Assembly (NCBI GenBank): GCA_048013815.1
Contig: CM106585.1
Span: 8,370,001 to 8,434,000, forward strand
Length of the DNA stretch: 64,000 bases
From: Setoptus koraiensis
Taxonomy: Eukaryota; Animalia; Arthropoda
Reading direction: 5' to 3'
Position numbers and translations under genes: made by a program. The first letter of the stretch is position 1, and each line of letters starts with the position of its first letter. Positions 11,992 to 24,200 of this stretch are shown piece after piece. The notes beneath the pieces are model-generated. The model had not been told where the DNA came from. It did no database searches and saw only the letters and a list, made by a program, of their open reading frames with translations.

Positions 11992-13739
11992 GCTGGCTCA
12001 CGAGCCAGTGCCCGTGTGAGCCGATGTGTGTCCAGTCGAGACAATTTGAGAGCAATCAGAGTGACCAGTGACAAAAGCCAGACGACATCATTAAGACGAC
12101 TCGTCTCGCTGACAACTACACCTGACGACCAAAGCTGACAGCTACAGCCGACAACTACAGCCGACAACTACGGCTGCACAGCAGCCTGTCACAAGCACTT
12201 GTGGTGGAGATAGAGTTACATAATATAATGCTGCCGTAATGCTGGTATGATGCTGCCATGGTCGTAGCAGCGCAATCACGTCCGCCGATTCAGCTGACAA
12301 AGCTCAGTTGTGAGTCAAACGATTTGACGTAGCATCAAGCGCGACAGAGCAACTTTGTTGCTGTCCAATTGCGCGTCTGTCACTATTTGTGTGACTTGGG
12401 ACAAACAACAACCTGCCAGTGATTGAGTGAGCGAGTTAACGAGCTTCACCTGGCCAGCACCGGCCGTCACTGGTCAGCACTGGTCAGCACTGGTCAGCTT
12501 CACAGGCAACCGATTACACGATGACCATCTCCGACTGCTGGCACTGCCATGGATGCACTTGCAATCAGCTGGTCGCTATCGGCTGCACAGTTAGTGTTGG
12601 TGTTTGACAGTCACTAACGGCCGAGCTGGACAGGAGAGAGTGTGTCGCAATTGTAATCGATTACCGTGAGCAACAATACGACGCGACGCGTGTGTGCATA
12701 ATCTTGTTATCTTGTAAACTTGTCCTGACAGCGCTGTAAGGGCAGCGGATATTACGCGCCCAATTCACAATTGTCAGGCGATTGTCAGGCGATCGTCAGA
12801 CGATTGTCAGTTGTGTCCGGCCTCGGGCTGCATCTCGAAGGCAGCGTGCGAGTTTGAGTCAGGGGCCGATTGCTGGCACAGGCTAGACGAGCCAGTTGCC
12901 AGCAGACATAGAGGCCAGCGAGAGTCGTGGTCACCGTTGAGCGATCATGCCAACAATTGAATCGGATGTGTCAACAGTTTTAACGCCCGGCCTTTGTGTT
13001 GCGACATGCACAATGGGCACAGTGCATTGATTTAATCATTTAATCACGCCGTCCGGCACACAGAGAGAGAGAGAGAGAGCTGGCCAAACGAAGGCTATTG
13101 ATTATGTTAAGTGGCGGCCGGTGGTGCTGTCAATGATGTCCGGATGCCAGCGCACAGATGCCACAACAGATAATGGTCAACGGGCCAACGGTGCAAACGG
13201 TGAGCCGCAAATGACAGGCACACCAACTGACGACCAACTGACGGATAAAATTGAATTCTCTGCGTCAGCCGCTTCAAACTCGAACAGTCAGCCGGTTCAA
13301 ACTCAAACAATCAACCGGCCAACCGACCAAATGGCCGGCCGATGCGCTCGAAAATGGCAGGCCCAATGGTGGTGGCGCCAGCCGAAAATAGACATTGGCG
13401 CCACTCGCATGCTCGCTGTTGTGCCACAACAGAGCATAACAGAGCATAACAGGCCGGCCAATGGAGCCCACGAAGCGATTGGCCAACCAATAACAAGCGT
13501 CTAATTTAGCCAGCCGGACGGGGCGTCGCAAGCCGGCCAACAATCATGAGCATCGCCTAATGATGCCACTGCCAGCAACAAACTTGCAACCGGCGCCCGA
13601 TGGCGAGCTTGCCAATCTGCAATCGGACACCAATGGACAGCGCCACAAAAGCACAGCCGGCGATGAGAGCGCAGATAATGGCTCGCCAACCAGCCAGCCA
13701 ACCAGCCAGCCAACCAGCCAGCGACGGTCGGAGGCACGA

Positions 13740-13773
<34 letters not shown>

Positions 13774-14210
13774 TAAATGCGATCATAAAAAGACAATTGC
13801 AGTGTGCGGCTAAAACAGCGGACAGCGGCCATGAGTGGCCGTCGTTGCGTTTAGTCTCGCTCGAGACACTCAACAAACTTGGGTCTGGCGAGCTGCAGTT
13901 TAGCTGGCAGTTGCAGTTTGGCTGGCAGTTGTGAGGCATCAGTGTTTGGGCATCGCAATGGGCAATTGCAGCCAACTGGCCAGTCGCAACTAACAAGTTG
14001 TGACTTGAGTCGCTGGCTCGGCGAGCGCTCGCAATCGCCACTTGCCAGCGCATGAATCGATGCGCTCGTTGCCCAACAAAAAGCAGCCAACAACCGACGA
14101 CGACCGTCACACACTCGCAGAGTCACACAGTCAAAAATAGACAGACAAGTAAACAGGTGGAAAAGAGAGAGAGAGAGCGAGACTTGCCGCATTCGGCTCG
14201 CCGCATTCAA

Positions 14211-14285
14211 CTCGACGAGCTGCGACTCGACGAGCTGCGACTCGACGAGCTGCGACTCGACGGGCTGCGACTCGACGGGCTGCGA
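14211..14285. repeat. 15-bp minisatellite CTCGACG(A/G)GCTGCGA x5
   Basis: Five near-identical units; the last two share an A>G variant. Confidence 0.95.
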
Positions 14286-15186
14286 CTGGTTGCTGGTGGC
14301 TCGAGCACACGACTGGCAAATATCATCGTTTTCCTACGTGCCTCCCTATATGGAAATGCACACACATTTATCTCGCTGCCTCAATAATAATGCTGTCTCA
14401 ACTATCTAAGAAAAAGTTGGCCCGATAACTTATCGGGCTTATCGGCGGCCCGCTCGACTTTGGCTGCTTGCGAGCGTCTCGTGACGGCTCAGCAGCTCGC
14501 TGTCTAATATTAAGTTATTCACTTGCGCACACATGTTACGTGAGATGGGGGCAGCCGGCCGGCCGGCCGGGTTTAGCTGTCGCGACTCGCGAACGGTCCT
14601 CCTTCTTCGCTCAACGTTCTTCACTTATGGCACTCTCGCTCTGTCTTAGAGCTCACCTGTGTGATAACGCAACCGCCATTATGATAACAACTGGCGTGCT
14701 TGCCAGCAACGGCAGCAGCAGCAACAACAACAACAACAGCGGCAGCAACAACGGCAACAACAGCGGCAACAACTGAGCACGCTAATGATACTGCCAATGA
14801 TCGGCAAAAAGAAAGCTGATAGTCGAAAGGAGACAACCACTTACAAGTAGTTAGCGCGCTCATCGGCCGGCTGGCGGCGAGACAGCGAGTGAAAAAAGAA
14901 GCGCCATAGTGGGAACAGTTAGCTCACATTAGAGCGCCCTCATTTGTTTGTTGGTTGTCTTTTTGTTGTTACCCAGCCAGCCAGCCAGCCAGCCAACCAT
15001 CAGTCAGGTGAGTGAGCCAGCCAGCGAGTTAGTGAGCTTGCCCAAAAGTCATAACGGTGCCGACCCCCACCTCTCTGCTGTCTAACAGCGCTGCTTGCGA
15101 TTGTTGGTCGTGCCAGCCATCCAGCGAGCTCTCGAGCTAGCTTGCCAGCACCGTCTACATCTGCTGCCAGCACTCTGCTTCTTTTG

Positions 15187-15188
<2 letters not shown>

Positions 15189-15241
<53 letters not shown>
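15189..15241. repeat. (GT)n microsatellite, about 26 units
   Basis: Directly visible. Confidence 0.95.
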
Positions 15242-15242
<1 letters not shown>

Positions 15243-16208
15243 ATCCATTTGGCCAAATGCAACCAGCGAATGTACGGCAACAACAGCGACGACGACGACG
15301 ACGCGCACAATCAACAAATAACAAACAACATTTATGGACATCATCAACATGGTTGCTCTCAAAAGCTTAACGCAATTTTTGCGCTCAGGTAGCCAGTGAA
15401 CTTGTGTACTGATTGTGTCTGTTTATGCCTTGTGGAGCAACAGTTTCGTGAGACAGACACAAACGTAAGGTAAATGTTTGCCTGTGTCAACGAGTGGTTA
15501 TTCCAATTGCCAACAACTGTATCCAACAATTGTGTGAGTGTCTACCAACTCAGTCAGCGACTCACAACGCACAAGTCGTCAACATAGAGAGAGAGCGAGA
15601 GACAGAGAGAAGCCGAGAAAAGTCGGAGGAAAAGAACTGACAATTCGGAAAAAGAATTCGCAAACTGAGTTGTTGCGTTCCTTCGAGAGGACGAGCATCC
15701 AGATAGACACACACACACACTTACCATCCGACAGGAGACGAGAATTGACCATAATTAGGGTTACATCAAGAGCAACATAATCGTCCTCGCAAGCTATTGT
15801 ATCTAATCATGTTATCAGTCGACCACCACTAATATCACAAGTGATAAAAACATCAGTTCATGTTGGATGCATCCAAAGCACACGTAACAACAGTCTCGAT
15901 CTAAGTCAATCTATTTCATTTTCATCCGGTCATTCCAATCAATAGTAATTATGCGTCAACAACATCCAAACAATGTAACCAGACACAACTCAAGCATCAA
16001 GTGTTGATGCCAGTGAATAAGATATAAGCCCCAGTCAATTGCAACACTATACAGCAAAAACTGTAATTAATCCGTGCCACTGCATCAGTGTCACCTAAGC
16101 TCAACAAGATACTGTGTTTGTATCTATATGTGATTTAACAAAACAACGCCAAGTTACAGCCAATCTGCATAACGCAATCTCTGCTTCATCAAATCATCAT
16201 AAGCAACA

Positions 16209-17975
16209 ATGATGGCAAAGAAATTGAAACGATTCCACATTCTTTTAGACGATGAGAGTCTATTGTATTTTCCAGGATCATTCCTAACGGGCAAAGTATT
16301 GCTAGAACTGGAAGAGGACACACCAGCGTCTGGTGAGTATTTTCATCAATATATTCGATTCAATTAATTCAAGTGAGATAATTGCTTGAGCTAGTAACAA
16401 CACAGTTTACTGATTATCTGAAACATTCGTCAAATATCGACCATTATTCAGGCCTCTACTTTCACATTATTGGCGAGGGAGTTGTCAGATTTAGCAGTGG
16501 CAACAAAGGCAAAATTATAGCCAACGACAAAGAAAATTACATCGATTTTAGAATGCGCCTTCTGGGCGATGGACCAATGGCCAAGGCAGGTGAGTCTGTT
16601 GTCCAGTTGAGATTGGCAGTATCAAGTAAAGTCTGTTGTCAGCAGTCTTGTCATAGAACCGAGAATAGAGGCAAAAAAAGAGATTTTTTTTTTGAGTGAA
16701 GGACGCAAACTTTGCACAAAGAGTTGGAAAGTGTCCAACTGTCGAAATTGAACTGTGACATTTTCGACTCGCATTCATTCTCAAAAGATTTACATGATGG
16801 TCAAAAGTTTAATAAACTTCGTTTTTTTCTTTCTTTCTCTTCTCGTCTTCTAATCGCCACTCGTTGACCCTCTTGGGCAAAACAAATTAAAATGCTTTTT
16901 GTCGTCACAGACACTGGAAGTATAACAGACGATAGCATGTCAGATAGTTCCCTAGTCAGATCTCAGGGACCAAGAATACTCATATTATCACCGGGAGTGC
17001 ACACATTCCCATTTAAATTGTGCCTACCAAACGGGTTGCCTTCAACATTTTTAGGCCTGCACGGATGGGTACAATACTTCTGTCGTGCAATACTCAAAGA
17101 GCCCTCTGGTTTAGTACACAAAAATCAACAAGTCTTCATAATAATGAATCCAATAGATCTCAACAGAGAGCCACCTATTCTCCAGCAGCCATTCTACTGT
17201 GAGGCCGAAGAGAAAATTGGCTCTAGGTGCACATCGTCGGGATTGATATCATGTAGGGTGAGATTGGATAGAGGTGGTTTTGTTCCTGGCGAAAGCATTA
17301 TTGTGTCGGCCTCGATAGAAAACGCAAGCAGATTAACAATTAAAAAGACAAGGGCTGTTTTAGCTGAGGTAAGCCAAACATTTTAAAATCGCACATTTGC
17401 ATTGTATTAGCCTTCATTTCACCTCAATAACGACGTTACCTTTCTTTCTAAACCCATCTAGACTGTTCAATATGCCGCCAAGAACAAGATTATACAATCA
17501 GAAACAAGAGAATTAGCGTCCATAGAAAAGGGCAAAATTCTACCTAGATCGTCGGACGTCTGGAAAAAAGAACTACTTTTGATACCCGCACTACCCCCAA
17601 CTAACTTACGAGGTTGTCATCTGATAAAGATTCAATATGACGTCTATGTGAGTACCCTGTAATTTGCTGAAGAATTATAACCAGTGTCTAGACACCACAT
17701 CTAACTGTAATCTGTCTTCTCATTTATTTATGATTGTTCGTTGCGTCAACTTTGGATCTTATTGACACGCCAATAATTTATTTGACAACGTTTTAACGCA
17801 GTTCATAATCGTGCCAAAGAATAGAAACAAGCCCATAAAGTTACAGTTACCGATTGTGATGGCTACTTACCCGATAAGAAATAAAGATGGAACATTGAAA
17901 AAGAGGAAGGGAACTTCCTATCCATCGAATTTGCCCATTTTCAGACCATGGATGGATACTCTCAAGAAGAACTAA
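16209..17975 (+). CDS. Arrestin domain-containing protein (alpha-arrestin), about 359 aa, 5 exons
   Basis: YFPGSFLTGKVLLEL, GVHTFPFKLCLPNGLPSTFLGLHGWVQYFCRA, LDRGGFVPGESI, WKKELLLIPALPPTNLRGCHLIKIQYDV. Exons 16209-16332, 16452-16589, 16911-17368, 17462-17647, 17802-17975 with canonical GT-AG sites total 1,080 nt, in frame. Confidence 0.9.
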
Positions 17976-18491
17976 TCTACTTCTAACCACTGCAATAATA
18001 TATTCACATGTATACGGTCTAATTGAGAAAACAAAACAACGAAACTAAATAAAATGATAACAGTGTGTGACATATGAATTAAAATTGTCCGTGACCAGTT
18101 TGTCTTTTATATCATCAAATTATTGAATGGCTCATTGATCTACTATACAAGTCCAAAATGGGCATACAAATTGGTTAAGTGTTTTCTCGTATGACGAAAA
18201 ATAGACGATGATGGTTGAGCGACATGCTGGCCGAATTGTACATATAATATAATAATTGATAATAATTAGAAAAAAAAGAATCTATATTCTATGTGTCTAG
18301 AGATGCATGTATATAATATGATAATAATAGATATTATTATAATAATTGATTTTCCTTAGTATTGATACGCCTTGTGTGGTAATTGGTTGTATAGCTAGAT
18401 ATGATTTTCCTGTTTTGTGGCGGCGGTGGTATTTAACATCAATAATCAATTCTAATCAAATCTTATTATATCTGTATATCTAAATCAACAA

Positions 18492-20093
18492 TCATGATTT
18501 ATAAATACTTGGTGCCCACACTCTGATTGTTCCATCATCCGAGGCACTGACTAAAAGCTCATGATACTTAGAATTCCAGCTGACACAATTGACGCACCGC
18601 TGATGACCGCTCAGTATTGCTATTGGTCGTTCCCTTTGAATATGATAAATGTAAATTTTACAATCTTCACTACCGCTAGCGAGAAACGTTTGATTGGCTC
18701 CGCCAAACGAAGTGTGTATTGTAAAAATGCCTTGTGTCACACCCTGAAATCTCCTCAGAAGCATCCGGTCATTCAAATCCCACAAATGTATTCCTTGTCC
18801 CATAAGACTGAGAGCGGCAAGTCTGTCATCGCTATCACATGAGAATGATAAAATTGAATGGTCCTCTTCACAAATTGGCATCTCTTCTGCTTTCATTTGG
18901 CCCTGATCGGCCCTGTAGGCCCTGATTCTATTGTGCGTGTCGGCTACTAATATGGTCTTAGAATCCTTTCTAAACGCCAAACAATGCGACCGAACTCCGT
19001 CGCGCGAGTCCAGCACATTGCCGTCCATGTCGCACAAATATAGATTGCCATACAGGCTGCCGCCAGCGAAATTGGCCTCTTCCCTGTGCCAGGAGCAGGT
19101 GGTCATTTGTATTTCGGTAAAATTGGTGACAACGCGATCAACTCCATTTTGGATGTTCCAAATCCACGGGCCCTCGTTGTAGTCGCCGCTGGCGCACGCA
19201 ATCAGATGCGAATCGTCAGGGCTCCAGGAGAGACAGGTGATCATGTTGCCCCTGGCGCCGCACTCTAGCGGGCCCAGGCGCTTCGTAAGATGCAACGTGT
19301 TAGGATTGACGTCCCAAATGAACAGCTTGGCCGCTCTGTCGCCCGAGGCTAGCTTGGTGCCGTCGTTTGAGAATTTACAATATAGTACCTCTTCGTTATG
19401 TTCCTTTAAAATTTGTATTGTCTCACAAGGGAATTTGTCTTTGCTACAGGTGTGATCAGTTAATAGATCGGTACAATCGAGATCGTTCTCTAATAGTTGA
19501 TTGTGTAAAGGACAGTGTTCTTTTTGTAATTGTAGCGCCTGATTTAGCAATGTACTCAATCGTTTTGGTGGCAACATAATAGACGGTGGAATGAACTGAT
19601 GGAAGCGTTCTATTAGTCGCTGGCGCGACTTTAGGCCCTTGCCGTCCCATTTGGCCCTCTGTCTCAGGTCAGCTATCGAGGTGCACATTATGAGACCGCT
19701 CAGTCTGTGCAATCGCTCGAAATTGTGCTTCAACGGCGTCAATTCCAATCTGAGACATTGCAACGCCTGGCTGTGTTGGCCGTCCTCCACAAGCTCCAGA
19801 TACTTTTGTTCCGCTAGCAAAAATTTCATGTCTGTTATGCAAGTCTCGCGATCCTCAATAAATAGCGCCAACTCACTGAGATACGTCTCGGCCTTGTCCC
19901 ATTCGCCGTTGAGTATGTGATGCTGGAAATTGGAGGCCGACGGATGCTCTATTTTGTTGAGGCCTGATTCCTGTAACAGTTGCTCCACTGTCTGCTTTAG
20001 ACCTAAATTGATGAGGTGCTGCCCAATCATTCTGACAATATCCCTCTCAGTGGATGATTTTACCTTGCTCATTGGCTCCGTGTCGATCTCCAT
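18492..20093 (-). CDS. WDR26: WD repeat-containing protein 26 (CTLH/GID complex subunit Gid7), intronless
   Basis: LisH/CTLH (DIVRMIGQHLINLGL..EHPSASNF..GEWDKAE; LAEQKYLELVEDG; MLPPKRLSTLLNQA) followed by WD40 repeats (FGGANQTFLASGSED; GHQRCVNCVSWN; SASDDGTIRVW). First in-frame ATG at 20093. Confidence 0.93.
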   Translation of the reverse strand: MEIDTEPMSKVKSSTERDIVRMIGQHLINLGLKQTVEQLLQESGLNKIEHPSASNFQHHILNGEWDKAETYLSELALFIEDRETCITDMKFLLAEQKYLELVEDGQHSQALQCLRLELTPLKHNFERLHRLSGLIMCTSIADLRQRAKWDGKGLKSRQRLIERFHQFIPPSIMLPPKRLSTLLNQALQLQKEHCPLHNQLLENDLDCTDLLTDHTCSKDKFPCETIQILKEHNEEVLYCKFSNDGTKLASGDRAAKLFIWDVNPNTLHLTKRLGPLECGARGNMITCLSWSPDDSHLIACASGDYNEGPWIWNIQNGVDRVVTNFTEIQMTTCSWHREEANFAGGSLYGNLYLCDMDGNVLDSRDGVRSHCLAFRKDSKTILVADTHNRIRAYRADQGQMKAEEMPICEEDHSILSFSCDSDDRLAALSLMGQGIHLWDLNDRMLLRRFQGVTQGIFTIHTSFGGANQTFLASGSEDCKIYIYHIQRERPIAILSGHQRCVNCVSWNSKYHELLVSASDDGTIRVWAPSIYKS

Positions 20094-21295
20094 TGTTATT
20101 AATATTGTTGGCAACAATTATTATTATTATTGTTATTGTTCCTGCTGCTATTGGCTCGATGGCAATTGATGTTTTTGTTCGAAAGCTACAAACTAATAAT
20201 GAAACAATTGCTGCTGCTACTGCTGCTACCCAGTTATCGCCCGATGCTTGCCTCACTGACTCACTGACTGAATGGCTGCTATCTGCGCTTATCTCGCTGA
20301 TGGATTTGCTTTTTGTCAGATAATTGATATGATGTTTTGTTGACGATGTTAGATGACCAACCAATGCACTAGTCAAATAGTGTCCATGTCTATGATATAT
20401 ATAATAATAATAACAATGATAATAGTGTATACCCAGCAACTATATTTCACATTTCGTTTTGTCTGTATCGATGGATGAAATCAACAAACTCAACAAAAAC
20501 ATACAATAGTAAACACATATGTAACGTAGCACTAACAACAGCCACTCTGCATAGTTGCTTGGTCGCGCACAGCGCACAGATAGTTCCTTTGTTTACGCAC
20601 TATGTTAGTGTGTGTGTGCCACTATAGTATAAAACTGCCATTGCCAACACTCACTGTGAAGCTCTAACTCAACGTTCTTACATAGAGGGCGCACTTGACA
20701 AGTTTTAGCATTGCAAAAGTCAGCCATCTTTATCACCATAGGCTCTCATATATAAGCCACCCCATATCGTTCGAATGTTCGTCATGTACTAGTGTTCGAT
20801 AGAAGCCGTTCAGTGATATCTCACTGCTTCTTGCCGATTGTTTAACCTGTTCGACCAGTATTTCAGGCGGAATGACACAAACAAGATAGATTTGTCGGAT
20901 CTTCAGACGAGCTCGAGGTCTTGATGTCTCAAGAAAAGAAGCAACCGAGAGAGGACTCGTCTTCCCATTCTGATCGATGAGTTTTGGAATAGTTTCGAGA
21001 GTGTATAGTGAAGCATCTACAAACTTAATAATGTAATTAGGATATATATATATATATCTATATATTTATATAAGGTTAAATATATACCACATGTATTTGT
21101 ATACGTGGGTCTTTTGATGATTCAACATAAAATTATTATCGTTACTTTACAGAAATGGAAACAGGTGCTTGTGATTCACTTATTACGCGTGTATGTATGT
21201 GTACCGTATAAAGATGCTGTATTTGTTTATATTATGTGAATTGGCATCTATAGATATACGTTATGATAATAGGTATCTAACAACTAAAGTTTTCT

Positions 21296-24200
21296 CTAAA
21301 CAAAGCCAAAATTTTTCTCTTTGATGGCGATAAGTAACTTGTTTTTCAGAATAGTCTTCGAAGAATAAAGTGGTATATATAGCCTGAATATGCAAACGTT
21401 AGATGTCGGTAGGTGCTGGTCGTCTGCTGGCCTAATTGAGACAGTCGGCATTGGCTGAAATCCTTCCTCGCTGGCGGGTAGTGATGGAGATCCGGTCCAG
21501 AAGTAAACTAGATCTTGTTTTTCTCTAGTAGCCATTTTCTCCACTATAGACCAAAACCATTTCTTGAAATAGCCTAGGTGTTCGCCCGAGTTTTGCTTGC
21601 CTCTATCATCGATGAAGGTTGTGTAGCTCATCAGCGTCTTAACATTTATCTCTCCTACTCCATTGAGCAATAGTCTGAAGTCTTCAGCTGTAAGATTTTC
21701 CAATGCACAAGCTGGTATAGCGTCATGTACTCCTTGTTTCATTGATTGAAGAGCCTTCTCTTGAGATCGGACCATTCTTCTTAAGGAATATCTTCTGACG
21801 TAATCATAAACATTGGAGGGAGTTACTTCGATGTTCTTACCGCAAGGAACTAGTTCAACTTGACCTCCACCTTCTTCGGCGCATAAATCAACACAGAATC
21901 TCAGATCCAACGACTGAAAAGTTTGTTCTGCATCGCGATTTGTTTCGGCATCCAATATCAACTGTCGCAGCGATTCATACAAAAGAGGGTCGAAGAAGGC
22001 CAAATCGTGCCAAGATATCGGTCTCTTAAGGATGTATTTTATCACATGCCGGTTGAGCTGTATGGGGCATATTTCGTTCTGTGAGAGACAGATTCCGATA
22101 ATTCGACCAACATTCCGGAATGCATTCAAGCGTTCTGGTGTGGCATCACCTTGTCGGGGGGAGTAGAAGTTTCTCAATCCAGGCTGATAGAAGAGTGGTG
22201 TGTTATCTTCCTCATCTTCCTCTTCGCAAGCCGTTGTTTCATGTTCAGTGAGTCCTGTCTGAATGAAGTTTTCAGGGAAACTCATGTGTTCACTAATCAA
22301 TCTTGATGGTGAATTCAAAGATTGGTGAGCGGATGCATCATGGCCCGTGTTCGAGTTGTAAAGTCCAGCAAGTATATTTGCAGGGGAGTTCGATGTACCA
22401 CTAATCATGCCGAGATTAGGATTTATTGCATTGGCATTATTTATGGCATTAATAGGTAGTGAGCCCCATGGCGGATCCCTACTTGAGGAAGATTGTTGTT
22501 GACTAAATGTGCGGCGCGCTTGTTCACGCTCTCTTTCTTTGGTTTTGATTCTTTGAAGAAGATTGTACTGCGAGGGTCTTGCGTTCGTCTGACAACCCAT
22601 GAGTCTAGGTAGTTTTTCATTTGATAATATAGCTTCACAAAAGGCTGTGTAGAAGCTTCTGGCTACACCATTACCCTCACCTTTTTCATCCTTGAATGAT
22701 ACTTTAATCTTAGAAACTGCAAGTATAGGTAGCTCAGAAGAAACCTTTCTAACAAAAGCATGGTGAACGTTATTGAGTTCCTTGAATGTCTGTTCAATCA
22801 AAGTATTTCTATCACGATCTATAGAAGTGAATGTTATTTCCCGTGGAGTTGCTGTGCGTAATCTCTCCATATCTTTTCTGAATCTATTTTCTTTTGATGG
22901 GAATCCAACTAGGTCAGATATTATAGATCCTGGTTCTGCACCGACATCATCGACAAACTCACCCCCGAAAAGTTCAAGAGACAAGCGCCATCTACCTAAC
23001 AAGCTTGTATGAGTGATCTCCTTGTTGGCTGAGATAGGTGTATGAATGGCGCAATATAAACGACTCTCTTCAGTGTCTTTGGCAGTTTGTTTACTAGACG
23101 ATTGCCTAGCTGTGTCACAAGACTGTGTGAACGAAGATTGTTGTTTTGAAGAACACATCGGACAAGTTATCGCTGTTGACAATTCCGAGTTGCTAGTTCG
23201 AGCGCTAAGACTGAGCCGTGTAGGCAGGGAATCAAATATTAGGTCACCTGATGATGCGTTAGCTGCGGGTCGGGGGATACCAAATAGTTCCTCACGTCTC
23301 GATGTTGGCTGCAATAGGTGAGGTTGCTCCGCCAAAGGTAATGCCTCGGATATAGGTGATGAAAATGGATCTGGAGGTGGACAACCGAGGTAGAGTGTCG
23401 ACTCGGATCGTTTGAAGAATTGATGCCCAGAGCCTTTGGCATGGCTGCTAGATGCATTGGCTGTCGACAAGTTTGATGTAGCTTCATCAATGCACATTGG
23501 CATTTCATTTTGAGCGAGAGATAAAACAGCTTCGGCATCAGTTTCATCGTCGTTCCAGGTTTCACTGTAGATCTCACTTGGTGATTTGCTTCCAGATTGT
23601 TCTTTCTGCAAAGCCTGAAGATAGTATATGTATGCATCGAAGACGTAAGCCACGTGTCGCAAAGACGATACGTCCAGAATCGGCAATGAATCATAGTGTT
23701 CGTTTCCATGTCCTCGAATCAGAGATATCATGTAGGTAAGAAAGTCTCTTCTCGCAGCTGTACCATCAGGAACTTCATGTGAATCGCTTTGTGGCATCCT
23801 GATGTAACTGGGAGGCTGATTTAAACCGGATGTTCGACTAGTTGTTGGTATCAATTGTCCTCTGATATTAGGGTTGGTGTTTGCATTAGTAGGTATAATA
23901 TTACGGACCCCCTGTGATTCACTAGCGCTTGAAGACTGGTCATGAATTCGATTGTCACTCAATAGAGCGGGGACTTGGCGATTGAGATTCTGAGCAGATG
24001 AACTAGGCTGTTGTGGAACTCTAGATATTAACATTGTTGGGGGCAAAGGTGCCATACCGGATGCCATAAACCCAATACCAGGACCAGGATTGTTAACGAG
24101 AGCTGCATTAATACCGGAACTTCTGTATGGTTGATGATTATAAGAGCTAGTAGATGGTATAGGTTGCGAGGTTGAAACATGGTTTGTACCATTTGTGAGA

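Noticed and set aside
11880-15400. Many 60-190 aa GC-rich ORFs on both strands
   Set aside because: Driven by short tandem repeats (GA, CA, CCAG, 8- and 15-mers), overlapping in multiple frames with no recognisable motifs. More likely regulatory or 5' UTR-intron DNA of the arrestin gene.
20740-21020. About 90-codon open frame on the minus strand between WDR26 and UBR5, and a TGA-interrupted plus frame considered as a selenoprotein
   Set aside because: No ATG, no known selenoprotein motif and no SECIS recognised. Probably UBR5 3' UTR or WDR26 upstream DNA.
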